Shown one piece after another: positions 29,599-38,323 of a DNA stretch of 64,000 nt. Below the pieces are notes generated by a model, which did not search any database, was not told the DNA's origin, and saw only the letters and a program-made list of their open reading frames with translations. This stretch comes from Muribaculaceae bacterium (GTDB lineage Bacteria > Bacteroidota > Bacteroidia > Bacteroidales > Muribaculaceae), in contig JAZSDX010000053.1 in NCBI GenBank assembly GCA_045531405.1, positions 13,582-77,581 on the forward strand, in the 5' to 3' direction. A program made the position numbers and the translations under genes. Positions within the stretch are counted from its first letter, which is position 1; the number at the start of each line of letters is the position of its first letter.

Positions 29599-30251
29599 GA
29601 CTTCCCTCCAAATGGATTTATGCCAAAACGGCGACGGATATATTCGGCAATGATTGCTACTGCATCTTCCATTTTGAGCAACGATGTATTGATGGTGAGG
29701 TCATAACTCGCAGCATCACCCCACTTCTTGTCGGTGTAGAAATTATAATAATTAGCACGTAACTTATTAGTTTTTTGAGCAATTGTACGTGCTTGTTCGG
29801 GAGTTGGTCGATCTCCTCGACGCATTATGCGAGCAATGCAATCGTCAATTGATGAATGTACAAAGATATTTACACAACGAGGGTGTTCTCGCAACACATA
29901 GTCGGCACTTCGACCAACGATAACACACGATTTATCGTTTGCTATGCGACGTATAAATTCACTTTGTGCATTATAAATTCCATCACTGGCAATTGTTGAT
30001 GAACAAGAATAACATGATGCCGGATTATAACCTGTGCCAACAGCAAACATCCCACTCAAAAACGATGGTACACGTTCATCGCTTCGCTCAAAAATTTCAG
30101 GACACATCCCAGCTTGTTTAGCAGCTTCTTGCAATAGTTCTTTATCGTAATATTCTATCCCAAAAGTTGATGCCAACAATTTTCCCAATTCACGTCCACC
30201 ACTGCCAAATTGGCGACCAATCGTGATTACGAAATTTTTATCCTCGTTCAT
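29595..30251 (-). CDS. Cytidylate kinase-like family protein (P-loop)
   Basis: Start taken at the ATG at 30251 (MNEDKNFVITIGRQFGSGGRELGK). The ORF-track start at 30275 is a TTG. The sequence is typical of the Bacteroidales cytidylate-kinase-like family. Confidence 0.75.
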   Translation of the reverse strand: MNEDKNFVITIGRQFGSGGRELGKLLASTFGIEYYDKELLQEAAKQAGMCPEIFERSDERVPSFLSGMFAVGTGYNPASCYSCSSTIASDGIYNAQSEFIRRIANDKSCVIVGRSADYVLREHPRCVNIFVHSSIDDCIARIMRRGDRPTPEQARTIAQKTNKLRANYYNFYTDKKWGDAASYDLTINTSLLKMEDAVAIIAEYIRRRFGINPFGGKS

Positions 30252-30339
30252 AATAATAAATTTTAGGAGTGTCAAAGTTAATATTTTTCAATCTATATTC
30301 AAATTTTTGCTGCTACTTTTATATAACAAATAAAAACTC

Positions 30340-30385
30340 AAAAAAGACAGAAAAACAACAACGCCACCGAAAGAACGATGGCGTT
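30340..30385 (-). terminator. Intrinsic terminator after the POT transporter gene
   Basis: Stem AACGCCA (30360-30366) pairs with TGGCGTT (30379-30385). On the minus strand it is followed by GTTGTTTTTCTGTCTTTTTT. Confidence 0.6.
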
Positions 30386-30411
30386 GCGTTTATTTTAGAA
30401 TGAGATTTTGC

Positions 30412-31905
30412 TTACTTAGCGACTCTTTCAAGCCATTTTACCATACCAAACATCACTCCCATTGAGATGAAACATACTACAGCAAAGACACTCCAAGTTA
30501 TAACCAACGAAGTGCTTTCATACATTGTTGCACCAAGGAACAATGCGCCATTACCTACTGCTGTAGCTCCAAGCCAACACCCTTGCATCAATCCTTGAAG
30601 GTGAGCAGGTGCAACTTTTGACACGAATGCAAGACCAAGAGGAGATATAAACAGCTCAGCAACAGTCAAGATGAAGTAAACAAAGAAGAGAACCCATGGT
30701 GTTACACGGGCGGTATCAGCAAGTGGCGAACCTGATATTTCGCTATAGTTAGGCAATCCAATTGAGGCAACTGCCATAACTACATAAGCCGAAGCTGCAA
30801 TACCCATCCCAATTGCAATCTTCATAGGAGTTGAAGGCTCTTTCCCTTTTTTAGCCATTGAAGAGAACACCCACATCACAACAGGAGTGAGGAACACTAC
30901 TACAAATGGGTTTATTGATTGGAAGATTTCGGCACTCAATTCCATTGATCCAAGTTTCAATAATGTGTAGTCTTTAGCAAACATAGTCAAAGTCAAACCA
31001 TTTTGATGGAATGAGAACCAGAAGAATATTACAATGCCAAACACTGCAAATAGTGCAAGAATGCGTTGTTTGATTTCTTGTGCATTTTGTTTGATTTCTT
31101 CTTTAGAAATCTCAGTTTTTGCAGCCTCTTTCTTTGCAGGATTGGGAAGAGATTTTTTACTTACAAGGAAGATTACCAAAGAGATTAGCATTGCTACAAT
31201 TGCAGCAGAAAACGCATAGTGGAAACCGGTATTGAATGCTTCAAGATAATCATTAGCAAACTTAACTAAATCAGTTGGAGTTGCACCATTTGACACCGAC
31301 ACTGCAAGTTCTTGGAAGCGGGTAGTATCTTCGAGTTTTCCTTCAATGAGTTTGTGGCACATTGCAGGAAGATCGGCACTATACGCAAATCCTTGCATTT
31401 CAACAAATGTATTACGCACCCAAATAGCAATCATAGGAGCTATACACGCACCAATATTAATAAACATGTAGAAAATTTGGAATCCGGCGTCACGGCGAGC
31501 ACTGTATTTGGGGTCATCATATAATTGTCCCACAACAGCTTGCAAATTACCCTTAAACAACCCATTACCAAATGCGATTACCAACAATGCTCCCAATGCA
31601 ATGTATTTAGTAGTAATCAACGCAGGCATTGCCAAAAGTGCATATCCGGCACTCATCACTAACAATCCCGCAATAATTGTACCTTTATAATTCTTTGTTT
31701 TGTCAGCAATTAGGCCTCCAACAAGAGCAAGAATATAAATTGAACAATAGAAAATCGAATAAAGCACACCGGCTTCTTCTCCATCTAAATTAAATTTCGA
31801 CATCAAGAACAATGTCAAAATAGCCATCATAATGTAGAATCCGAAACGCTCGCCCATATTGGCAAGTGCCGCGGGGATCAATCCTTTAGGGTGGTTCTTA
31901 AACAT
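30412..31905 (-). CDS. POT/PTR2-family di-/tripeptide:proton symporter (MFS)
   Basis: 497 aa. N-terminus NHPKGLIPAALANMGERFGFYIMMAILTLFL (ExxERFxYY-type motif). About 14 TM helices. Confidence 0.9.
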   Translation of the reverse strand: MFKNHPKGLIPAALANMGERFGFYIMMAILTLFLMSKFNLDGEEAGVLYSIFYCSIYILALVGGLIADKTKNYKGTIIAGLLVMSAGYALLAMPALITTKYIALGALLVIAFGNGLFKGNLQAVVGQLYDDPKYSARRDAGFQIFYMFINIGACIAPMIAIWVRNTFVEMQGFAYSADLPAMCHKLIEGKLEDTTRFQELAVSVSNGATPTDLVKFANDYLEAFNTGFHYAFSAAIVAMLISLVIFLVSKKSLPNPAKKEAAKTEISKEEIKQNAQEIKQRILALFAVFGIVIFFWFSFHQNGLTLTMFAKDYTLLKLGSMELSAEIFQSINPFVVVFLTPVVMWVFSSMAKKGKEPSTPMKIAIGMGIAASAYVVMAVASIGLPNYSEISGSPLADTARVTPWVLFFVYFILTVAELFISPLGLAFVSKVAPAHLQGLMQGCWLGATAVGNGALFLGATMYESTSLVITWSVFAVVCFISMGVMFGMVKWLERVAK

Positions 31906-31954
31906 AAATGTAATTGTTATTTAGTTAATAATTAATTGAATTTTGCGAGTTTGA

Positions 31955-32389
31955 TTAAGCTCCTGTTTCCATTTTGGTTTTGAAAGCGAGGGCATATACC
32001 TTCATTTGTTTCACCATTGCCACAAGACCATTACTACGAGTTGGAGAGAGATGCTCTGAAAGACCTATTTTATCAATAAAATAAAGGTCGGCATCAAGAA
32101 TTTCTTGTGGAGTGTGATTTGACAACACTTTTATCAACAACGAGATAATTCCTTTAACGATAATAGCATCGCTATCTGCTGTGTAGATGATTTTGCCCTC
32201 GTCGTTAAGTTCGGCATTGAGCCACACGCGACTTTGACACCCCTCGATGATATATTGAGGTGTTTTATACTTTTCGTCTATCGCAGGAAGTGCATTGCCC
32301 AAATCAATGATATAGGCATAACGGTCCATCCAATCTTCTATATCAACAAATTCGTCGATTATTTCGTCTTGTATTTGATTTATAGTCAT
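31955..32389 (-). CDS. sufE: SufE-family sulfur acceptor protein
   Basis: 144 aa. SufE pattern (IEGCQSRVWL with the conserved Cys, and LSPTRSNGL). Confidence 0.85.
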   Translation of the reverse strand: MTINQIQDEIIDEFVDIEDWMDRYAYIIDLGNALPAIDEKYKTPQYIIEGCQSRVWLNAELNDEGKIIYTADSDAIIVKGIISLLIKVLSNHTPQEILDADLYFIDKIGLSEHLSPTRSNGLVAMVKQMKVYALAFKTKMETGA

Positions 32390-32399
32390 ATTTCCTTTA

Positions 32400-33380
32400 T
32401 TATTCGTTATAAATTACATTCAACACTGTTTGGCCCACTGCTTTAAGTGAGTTACGATCAATATTTGACATATTATCATTGAGAGTGTGCCATGTAGGGT
32501 TAAACGATGATGTTGATGGATTGTTGTTTTCAATGATATCAATACAAGGGATATTTGCTTGATTGATATATATGTGGTCGTCCATCACGCTACCTCCTAC
32601 CTGATTGACAAACACATCGCCATACCCCGATGCAACCGCCATTGCCCACACTTTATCTACAATGTGTCCGGCTAAATATTGCGATGCATATTCTCGATGA
32701 AATTTAGCATCTTTACCCCCCACCATATCAAGAAGAATGCCATATTCGGGCATACGTTCCGGGGCATAAGGTAGTTTTTTTATCCAATATTGAGTGCCAA
32801 GGCACCAGGTATTTTCATCGTCACCATTTGATTGTCCATAATCTTCAGCATCAACAAATAATATTTCAACGCCTATTGTAGGTTTCTCGATGCTTAAACA
32901 TCTCGCAATCTCAAGCAATACCCCTACTCCACTACCTCCATCATTTGCACCATCAATTGGAGTATTGTGTTTTGAAACATCCTCTTCAGCATCGGCCCAT
33001 GGTCGAGTATCCCAGTGCGCAAGCAATAGCACCCGTCTCACTGCGTCTTTATTGAATTGCCCCAAAATATTGTTGATAGGCAATTTATCTCCATTGAAAG
33101 CTGTTACGGTCGTTTTTTGTTCTATTACAGTATCAACTCCATATCGCTTCAACTCCGATACAAGATATTGTGCACAACAAGCGTGTCCCTTTGTGCCAGG
33201 TACTCGATAACCACAATTAACCTGTGCCTCCACATTGCGATAGGCACTATCGGCATTAAATTCTATGCGAGACTTGATTGTTGTAGGCTCATTATTTGTC
33301 TCCGATTTTGACTCTGTTTTAGCCGAACACGCAATCATAAGCCAACATAATGCAAGTGATAATATATTTATTATTTTCAT
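32400..33380 (-). CDS. M28-family metallopeptidase-fold lipoprotein, glutaminyl-peptide cyclotransferase-like
   Basis: 326 aa. Lipobox (LMIACS). M28 metal-site pattern (LLLAHWDTRPWAD, DGANDGGSGVGVLLEIAR, VDAEDYG, DDHIY). Confidence 0.7.
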   Translation of the reverse strand: MKIINILSLALCWLMIACSAKTESKSETNNEPTTIKSRIEFNADSAYRNVEAQVNCGYRVPGTKGHACCAQYLVSELKRYGVDTVIEQKTTVTAFNGDKLPINNILGQFNKDAVRRVLLLAHWDTRPWADAEEDVSKHNTPIDGANDGGSGVGVLLEIARCLSIEKPTIGVEILFVDAEDYGQSNGDDENTWCLGTQYWIKKLPYAPERMPEYGILLDMVGGKDAKFHREYASQYLAGHIVDKVWAMAVASGYGDVFVNQVGGSVMDDHIYINQANIPCIDIIENNNPSTSSFNPTWHTLNDNMSNIDRNSLKAVGQTVLNVIYNE

Positions 33381-33512
33381 TATTCAAGTCGTTTAACTCA
33401 CAAAGTTACAAAAAACTGCGCTATACTCCAATTTTACTCCACAGATTTAATTTTTCATTGCACAATTAAATCTTTAATTGTTTTTATTATTGAAGTATTC
33501 AAAAAGAATTTG

Positions 33513-33520
33513 TAATTTTG
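33513..33520 (+). promoter_or_regulatory. Candidate -7 box TAATTTTG upstream of the ATPase-DUF4435/menA pair
   Basis: TAnnTTTG match 28 nt upstream of the ATG at 33548. Confidence 0.3.
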
Positions 33521-33547
33521 AGAGTATTACTAAAACGTCGAGAAGTT

Positions 33548-35176
33548 ATGAAAATATTACTTCCTCCCAAGAAAGACAAAACTCGCCAAGAAATTGCTAT
33601 CGGCAACCGACAAATTACAATCATTGGGGCCAATGGTGCCGGGAAAACTCGTTTCACCGATTATTTAATCAACGATTTACAAGGACGGGCTTTTCGCATG
33701 TCGATAATAAGTGCACTATATGAATCACGCGAAATCGATCCCCTTCCAGGCTCTATTGATATGCTATTCAAGGAGGCTGTTGAGCGTTCAAACCTCCTCC
33801 GAAACGACAATGTGTCACAAGCCGAACGCCTGACATCTTTACTTTTTCAGGAAGAAATGCTTAATCTCATTTCTTACAAAGTAACCCTATCTGATAACCC
33901 CGAGGCCAAATTGCCTTCAACAAAACTTGACAAAGTTATTGAGGTGTGGCAAGAAATTTTTCCCGGAAGTAAGATTTTAATTGAAGGTGGGAAGATGTTG
34001 ATTTCTCGCGAAAGTGACCCAACATGCTATTCTTCGATGAAGCTATCAGCCGGAGAAAGAGCTGTAATGTATTATGTTGGTGCAGCTCTTATGGCAACGA
34101 AAAATGCTGTCATTTTTATTGACAACCCGGGAATATTTTTGCACCAATCTATCACAAAAATTTTATGGGATCGCATTGAGCAACTACGTCCCGATTGTAC
34201 GTTCATCTACACAACTCACGATATCGACTTTGCGTCATCTCGCACCGATAATACTGTTATATGGGTGAGAGAATATGATGCAACCGACGGGACTTGGGAT
34301 TACGATATCCTTCCCGACCATGCCGAGCTATCCGACGACATTTATCTCACCATCATAGGAGCTCGCAAACCGGTGCTTTTTATTGAAGGTGATGGGGTAC
34401 ACTCTATCGACTCAAAATTGTATCCTCTCATCTTCCCTCAATATACGGTAAAGTCATTAGGGAGCTGTAACAAAGTAATCGAAGCCACTCGTGCATTTAA
34501 CGATTTGAGAACATTTCACAAAATGGACAGTTATGGCATAGTTGACCGTGATCGTCGCGACGATGGAGAGGTAAAATATCTACGGACAAGGAAAATTTTA
34601 GTTCCTAATGTTGCTGAAATAGAAAACATTTTGATGCTTGAGGAGGTGATACGTACAGTTGCTACACGACACAAAAAAGATGAGCATAAAGTTTTTGCCA
34701 AAGTAAAAGCAACTATTATTGACCTATTCAAGCAAGAGGTTAAACAACAAGCATTAATGCACACTCGCCACCGAGTGAAACGCACTCTTGAATATCGCAT
34801 TGATGGGCGATTCAACAATATCAATTCACTTGAGGACCACATCAACGACTTAGTAAAAGAGATTAATCCACGTGGCATGTATGAGGCTTTTTGCCGAGAA
34901 TTTCATGGATATGTTGCAAGTGGCGATTATCAAAATGTGTTGCGAGTATTTAATCGCAAGTCGATGATTCCATCGAGCAATGTAAGTAACCTATGTGGAT
35001 TGAGTAATAAAGAGGCTTATATTCGCACAATTATCAATATTTTAAAGCAAAACGGCAAAGATGCACAACGCATTCGTCGTGCTGTAATTAAATGTTTCGG
35101 ACTTGACACCGACAATCTCAACTCCCTTAATAACGAACTACAATCAACGACCAAAAACAATACTCAAAATGATTAA
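33548..35176 (+). CDS. Fused ABC-type ATPase and DUF4435/Toprim-like domain protein (OLD / fused PARIS AriA-AriB-like architecture)
   Basis: 542 aa from the ATG at 33548 (the ORF-track start at 33518 is a TTG). Walker A GANGAGKT (33626-33649). ABC signature-like LSAGER. Walker B VIFIDN (Asp at 34121-34123 followed by Asn, not Glu). TTHD. C-terminal half with LFIEGDG and IVDRDRR (Toprim-like acidic motifs). Confidence 0.7.
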   Translation: MKILLPPKKDKTRQEIAIGNRQITIIGANGAGKTRFTDYLINDLQGRAFRMSIISALYESREIDPLPGSIDMLFKEAVERSNLLRNDNVSQAERLTSLLFQEEMLNLISYKVTLSDNPEAKLPSTKLDKVIEVWQEIFPGSKILIEGGKMLISRESDPTCYSSMKLSAGERAVMYYVGAALMATKNAVIFIDNPGIFLHQSITKILWDRIEQLRPDCTFIYTTHDIDFASSRTDNTVIWVREYDATDGTWDYDILPDHAELSDDIYLTIIGARKPVLFIEGDGVHSIDSKLYPLIFPQYTVKSLGSCNKVIEATRAFNDLRTFHKMDSYGIVDRDRRDDGEVKYLRTRKILVPNVAEIENILMLEEVIRTVATRHKKDEHKVFAKVKATIIDLFKQEVKQQALMHTRHRVKRTLEYRIDGRFNNINSLEDHINDLVKEINPRGMYEAFCREFHGYVASGDYQNVLRVFNRKSMIPSSNVSNLCGLSNKEAYIRTIINILKQNGKDAQRIRRAVIKCFGLDTDNLNSLNNELQSTTKNNTQND

Positions 35177-36035
35177 ACATTGGATAGAGGCAATGCGACT
35201 TCGCACTCTCCCTGTTTCGCTTGCAGGAGTGGTTATGGCTTGGGGATTTTGCTTTCTTCACAATAATTTCAATATTACGCCGGCTATTTTATGCCTACTT
35301 TTTGCACTTTTGGCTCAAATCTCGTCAAACTTTGCCAACGAATACTACGATTTTAAATCGGGGCTCGATCGCAAAGGTCGCGAAGGTCCTCGTCGTGGTG
35401 TCACTGAAGGAGATATCACTCCTCGCGCCATGAAGATTGCCACTTATGAAACATTAGGGTTGGCGTGCATAATAGGCTGCTCTCTCATTTATTATGGAGG
35501 GTGGTGGCTACTCCCAATAGGTATCATAATAGCACTTGGTGCAATGGCATATAGCGCCGGCCCATATCCCCTTTCTCGCCATGGATTGGGCGAAGTGGCA
35601 GTGTTGTTTTTCTTTGGCATAATACCGGTTACTCTCACCTATTATGTGCAATCGCTTGAATGGAATATCGATGTGTTGATGGCTTCAATATCTATGGGGT
35701 TGATGGGAGCCAACGTGCTGATAGTAAACAACTATCGCGACTACGATGACGATCGAAGTGTGGGCAAAAACACCCTTGCTGTGATATTTGGACGTAACAC
35801 AGTGGCAAACTTATATCTTTTTAATGGATACATCGCTGTGGCATTAATGGGTGTCACATGGTTGACACTACCCATATGGGCATGGGCAATCCCCACTTTA
35901 TACCTCATTGCTCACACAACTATATGGTGGCTGCTCGGCATTCGCACCGGCTCACGCCTAAACCCACTCCTCGGCATGACAGCAGTGGCCATGGCCGCCT
36001 ACTCTCTCGCCTTTGCAATCATCGCCTTATTATAA
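35169..36035 (+). CDS. menA: 1,4-dihydroxy-2-naphthoate polyprenyltransferase
   Basis: Start at the ATG at 35169 (MIKHWIEAMRLRTLP). UbiA-family motifs (NFANEYYDFKSGLD, NNYRDYDDD). Multi-TM. The start overlaps the upstream stop (ATGATTAA). Confidence 0.9.
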   Translation: MIKHWIEAMRLRTLPVSLAGVVMAWGFCFLHNNFNITPAILCLLFALLAQISSNFANEYYDFKSGLDRKGREGPRRGVTEGDITPRAMKIATYETLGLACIIGCSLIYYGGWWLLPIGIIIALGAMAYSAGPYPLSRHGLGEVAVLFFFGIIPVTLTYYVQSLEWNIDVLMASISMGLMGANVLIVNNYRDYDDDRSVGKNTLAVIFGRNTVANLYLFNGYIAVALMGVTWLTLPIWAWAIPTLYLIAHTTIWWLLGIRTGSRLNPLLGMTAVAMAAYSLAFAIIALL

Positions 36036-36067
36036 AGTCGCAAAAGTCTCTAAAGACATTAAACAAT

Positions 36068-37177
36068 TCAATAGTCTTCTTTTAGAAGATAATTCATACT
36101 ACGACCTCCTTCATCGGAAGCACATAGTATTCCCTTTTCTATTAAATCGTTAATATCTCTCAATGCTGTGGCTTGAGATGTTTTAGCCATTTTTGCCCAT
36201 TTTGAAGTGGTCAGTTTACCTTCAAATCCGTCCCACAACTTATTGACAACCTTCACCTGACGCTCATTCATTGCCACATCTCTATTCTCTTGCCAAAACA
36301 TTGATTTCTTAACGACTCTCTTTATTGTAGCTTCAGAACGTAATATTGCATTACGAAGCGTCAGCAAAAACCACTCAAGCCAAATGGTTATATCCACACC
36401 TCCCGTGGTTGTCTTTTCTAACACATCATAATAATATTTCCGTTCACGCAATATCTCTGCTGACATACTATAAAAGCGATGAGACATCCCATCAGCTCGT
36501 GCCAATAACATATCAGTTATCGTACGTGTCAATCGCCCATTTCCATCATCAAATGGATGAATGGCAACAAACCATAGATGTGCTATTGCCGCCTTTAACA
36601 CCGGGTCAACATCTCCTTCATTATTAACCCATTGCAAAAACTCGTTCATCATATCGCTCACCAATTCCGACGATGGAGCCTCATAATGAACTCGCTCTCT
36701 TCCCATTGCTCCCGACACTACCTGCATCGGTTCCGACCCTACTCGATATGACGCAACCGTTATCGGATACATTCCGCTTCTTCCGGTAGGAAATAGTGCT
36801 GCATGCCAATTAAACAGACGCTCATGTGTTAGTTCTGCATCGTGATTTTTCACAGCATCAAGCATAACCTGTACCACGCCTTCGGTATAATGGTCTGGTT
36901 CGGGCAACCCTTCTACTTCTATCCCAAGATGCCGAGCAATAGAAGAACGAACTCGGTCGGGATTTAGTAATTCTCCCTCAATCTCACACGAACGCAACAC
37001 ATCTTGCGTCATCACATCAAGTGAAGCGCGATTCTGAAGCTCTAATCCCAAACCACTCATCAACCCATACACTCTCCCCTCAAGATTTCTCACCTCCGAT
37101 AACAGTGTTATCAACCGAGAATTATCCCAAGTAAACTTTGGCCATGATGATTGTTGCCATATATATGTTGCTCTCAT
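36068..37177 (-). CDS. Fic-family protein (AMPylase-type) with a C-terminal winged-helix domain
   Basis: Fic motif HPFDDGNGRLTR. The N-terminal Fic-N region starts MRATYIWQQSSWPKF at the ATG at 37177 (the ORF track extends to a GTG at 37195). Confidence 0.88.
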   Translation of the reverse strand: MRATYIWQQSSWPKFTWDNSRLITLLSEVRNLEGRVYGLMSGLGLELQNRASLDVMTQDVLRSCEIEGELLNPDRVRSSIARHLGIEVEGLPEPDHYTEGVVQVMLDAVKNHDAELTHERLFNWHAALFPTGRSGMYPITVASYRVGSEPMQVVSGAMGRERVHYEAPSSELVSDMMNEFLQWVNNEGDVDPVLKAAIAHLWFVAIHPFDDGNGRLTRTITDMLLARADGMSHRFYSMSAEILRERKYYYDVLEKTTTGGVDITIWLEWFLLTLRNAILRSEATIKRVVKKSMFWQENRDVAMNERQVKVVNKLWDGFEGKLTTSKWAKMAKTSQATALRDINDLIEKGILCASDEGGRSMNYLLKEDY

Positions 37178-37212
37178 AACATCTAATTTTGCCACAAAGA
37201 TAACACAATGAC

Positions 37213-37253
37213 GCGAAAAAACAAGCTAATCTCGTCAAAATATGACGAGATTA
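37213..37253 (-). terminator. Intrinsic terminator of the small OMP gene
   Basis: Perfect 10-bp stem TAATCTCGTC/GACGAGATTA (37227-37253). On the minus strand it is followed by GCTTGTTTTTTCG. Confidence 0.7.
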
Positions 37254-37299
37254 ACACAATTATTCACTGCAATAGAGGATTAAAGCAATCTATATATTC

Positions 37300-37833
37300 T
37301 TAAAAATTATAATACATACCAAAGCTTAAAGAATTATTATTCACATTAAATCCAAATGCTTCATAAGTATCTATTACTTTTTCATAACCAATAAATCCAA
37401 ACTTAGCAACTAATCCAACCTTATCTGACATTTCAAATTTAACCCCAGGTCTGAATCCAATATGGAATTCAATTTGAGAGTCATCTAAAAATTCATCATC
37501 TGCAAACTCCGTATAGCCGACGCCAAAACCTCCTTCAATAAAAAATGACACCTTATCACTATTTGCAAATGTCCAACGCACATATGGTTCAACCGATAAC
37601 GAGTTTGCGGTTTCGCCATCATAATTAATTAAACTTTCACTTAAAGCAATTGCCACATCAAATTTTTCATTGTAGGAATAACCTACTTCTGGAGCAATTG
37701 AAAACAAAGTTATTGTTTTTGCTCCTTCGTAATCAGGTTTTACCAAATCTAAACCAATAGATCCTCCAACCCAAGTTTGTGCATTAGCCATTACTGATGC
37801 AAATAATGCAATTGTAAAGATTACTTTTTTCAT
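37300..37833 (-). CDS. Small outer-membrane beta-barrel protein (OmpA-barrel/OmpW-like, 8-strand class)
   Basis: 177 aa from MKKVIFTIALFASVMANA|QT. Alternating amphipathic strands. C-terminal SFGMYYNF ends in F. Confidence 0.75.
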   Translation of the reverse strand: MKKVIFTIALFASVMANAQTWVGGSIGLDLVKPDYEGAKTITLFSIAPEVGYSYNEKFDVAIALSESLINYDGETANSLSVEPYVRWTFANSDKVSFFIEGGFGVGYTEFADDEFLDDSQIEFHIGFRPGVKFEMSDKVGLVAKFGFIGYEKVIDTYEAFGFNVNNNSLSFGMYYNF

Positions 37834-37894
37834 AATAACAATCATTTATTACTATGGCTCTCAAATAGCATTATTATATTCCAACAAAGAAAAA

Positions 37895-37982
37895 GCGTGA
37901 GAGCCGCACTAATTGCTCGTTCCGCTTTTCGAGGCTCTGGAATGCCCATCACTGTAGAACGAGCAAAGCAGAAGCCTCACGC
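37895..37982. other. Imperfect 88-nt extended hairpin in a 478-bp intergenic region
   Basis: GCGTGAG (37895-37901) pairs with CTCACGC (37976-37982). GCTCGTTC (37915-37922) pairs with GAACGAGC (37957-37964). GGCTCTCA (37856-37863) can alternatively pair with TGAGAGCC (37898-37905). Confidence 0.3.
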
Positions 37983-38323
37983 AGAATATGATATATAATC
38001 AAACAACCATAGCAATTGTTCAATTCATGATATACATATCCACAAAGACACCTACTATTGCCTCATTCTTGGCAGTGATTGAAATTTTCCAGATTTCGAA
38101 AAGCCAAGAAAGAGCGAAAGTAAACGCTTTTCTAATTATGTCTGCACCCACCCACATAACCCACATCGGGGTTGACTCAAACAAGTTTCGTCTCTGCCGA
38201 CGGTGGTCTGCAAGCGATATGCATCGCAAAGTTAATTATTTATTTCTAAAATGCAACCAATTTTTCAAAATTCACAACAAAACCATAGCTATCATATTCA
38301 ATTAATTTGTGTAAATTTGTAGC

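Noticed and set aside
33518-33547. N-terminal extensions in the ORF track that begin at TTG or GTG. Affected starts: 33518, 18768, 30275, 37195, 49561, 51253, 57440 and 61399.
   Set aside because: In each case an ATG a few codons downstream gives a canonical N-terminus (signal peptide, Rossmann or P-loop start), and often better spacing to the upstream gene. The exception is the lptD-like gene, where only the TTG gives a signal peptide.
37895-37982. The long hairpin was considered as SRP (4.5S) RNA.
   Set aside because: It lacks the universally conserved domain IV motif (GGAA tetraloop with AGCAGC-type asymmetric loop). It is kept only as an unexplained structure.
38169-38215. GGGGTTGACTC...GTTTCGTC resembles the 5' end of tmRNA (GGGGCTGA...GGTTTCGAC).
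   Set aside because: Only about 150 nt remain before the next CDS. There is no tag reading frame and no tRNA-like 3' end (TTCGAntC...CCA) on either strand. This is a chance resemblance.
37988-38305. 105-aa (+) and 69-aa (-) ORFs in the 478-bp intergenic region.
   Set aside because: They are mutually antisense, have no domain or signal features, and their sequence composition is odd. I treated the region as non-coding or possible RNA instead.
38312-38319. TAAATTTG -7-like box immediately upstream of the tandem ABC ATPase gene.
   Set aside because: It ends only 4 nt before the ATG. The transcript would therefore start at or inside the start codon. A leaderless mRNA is possible, but I cannot support that from sequence alone.
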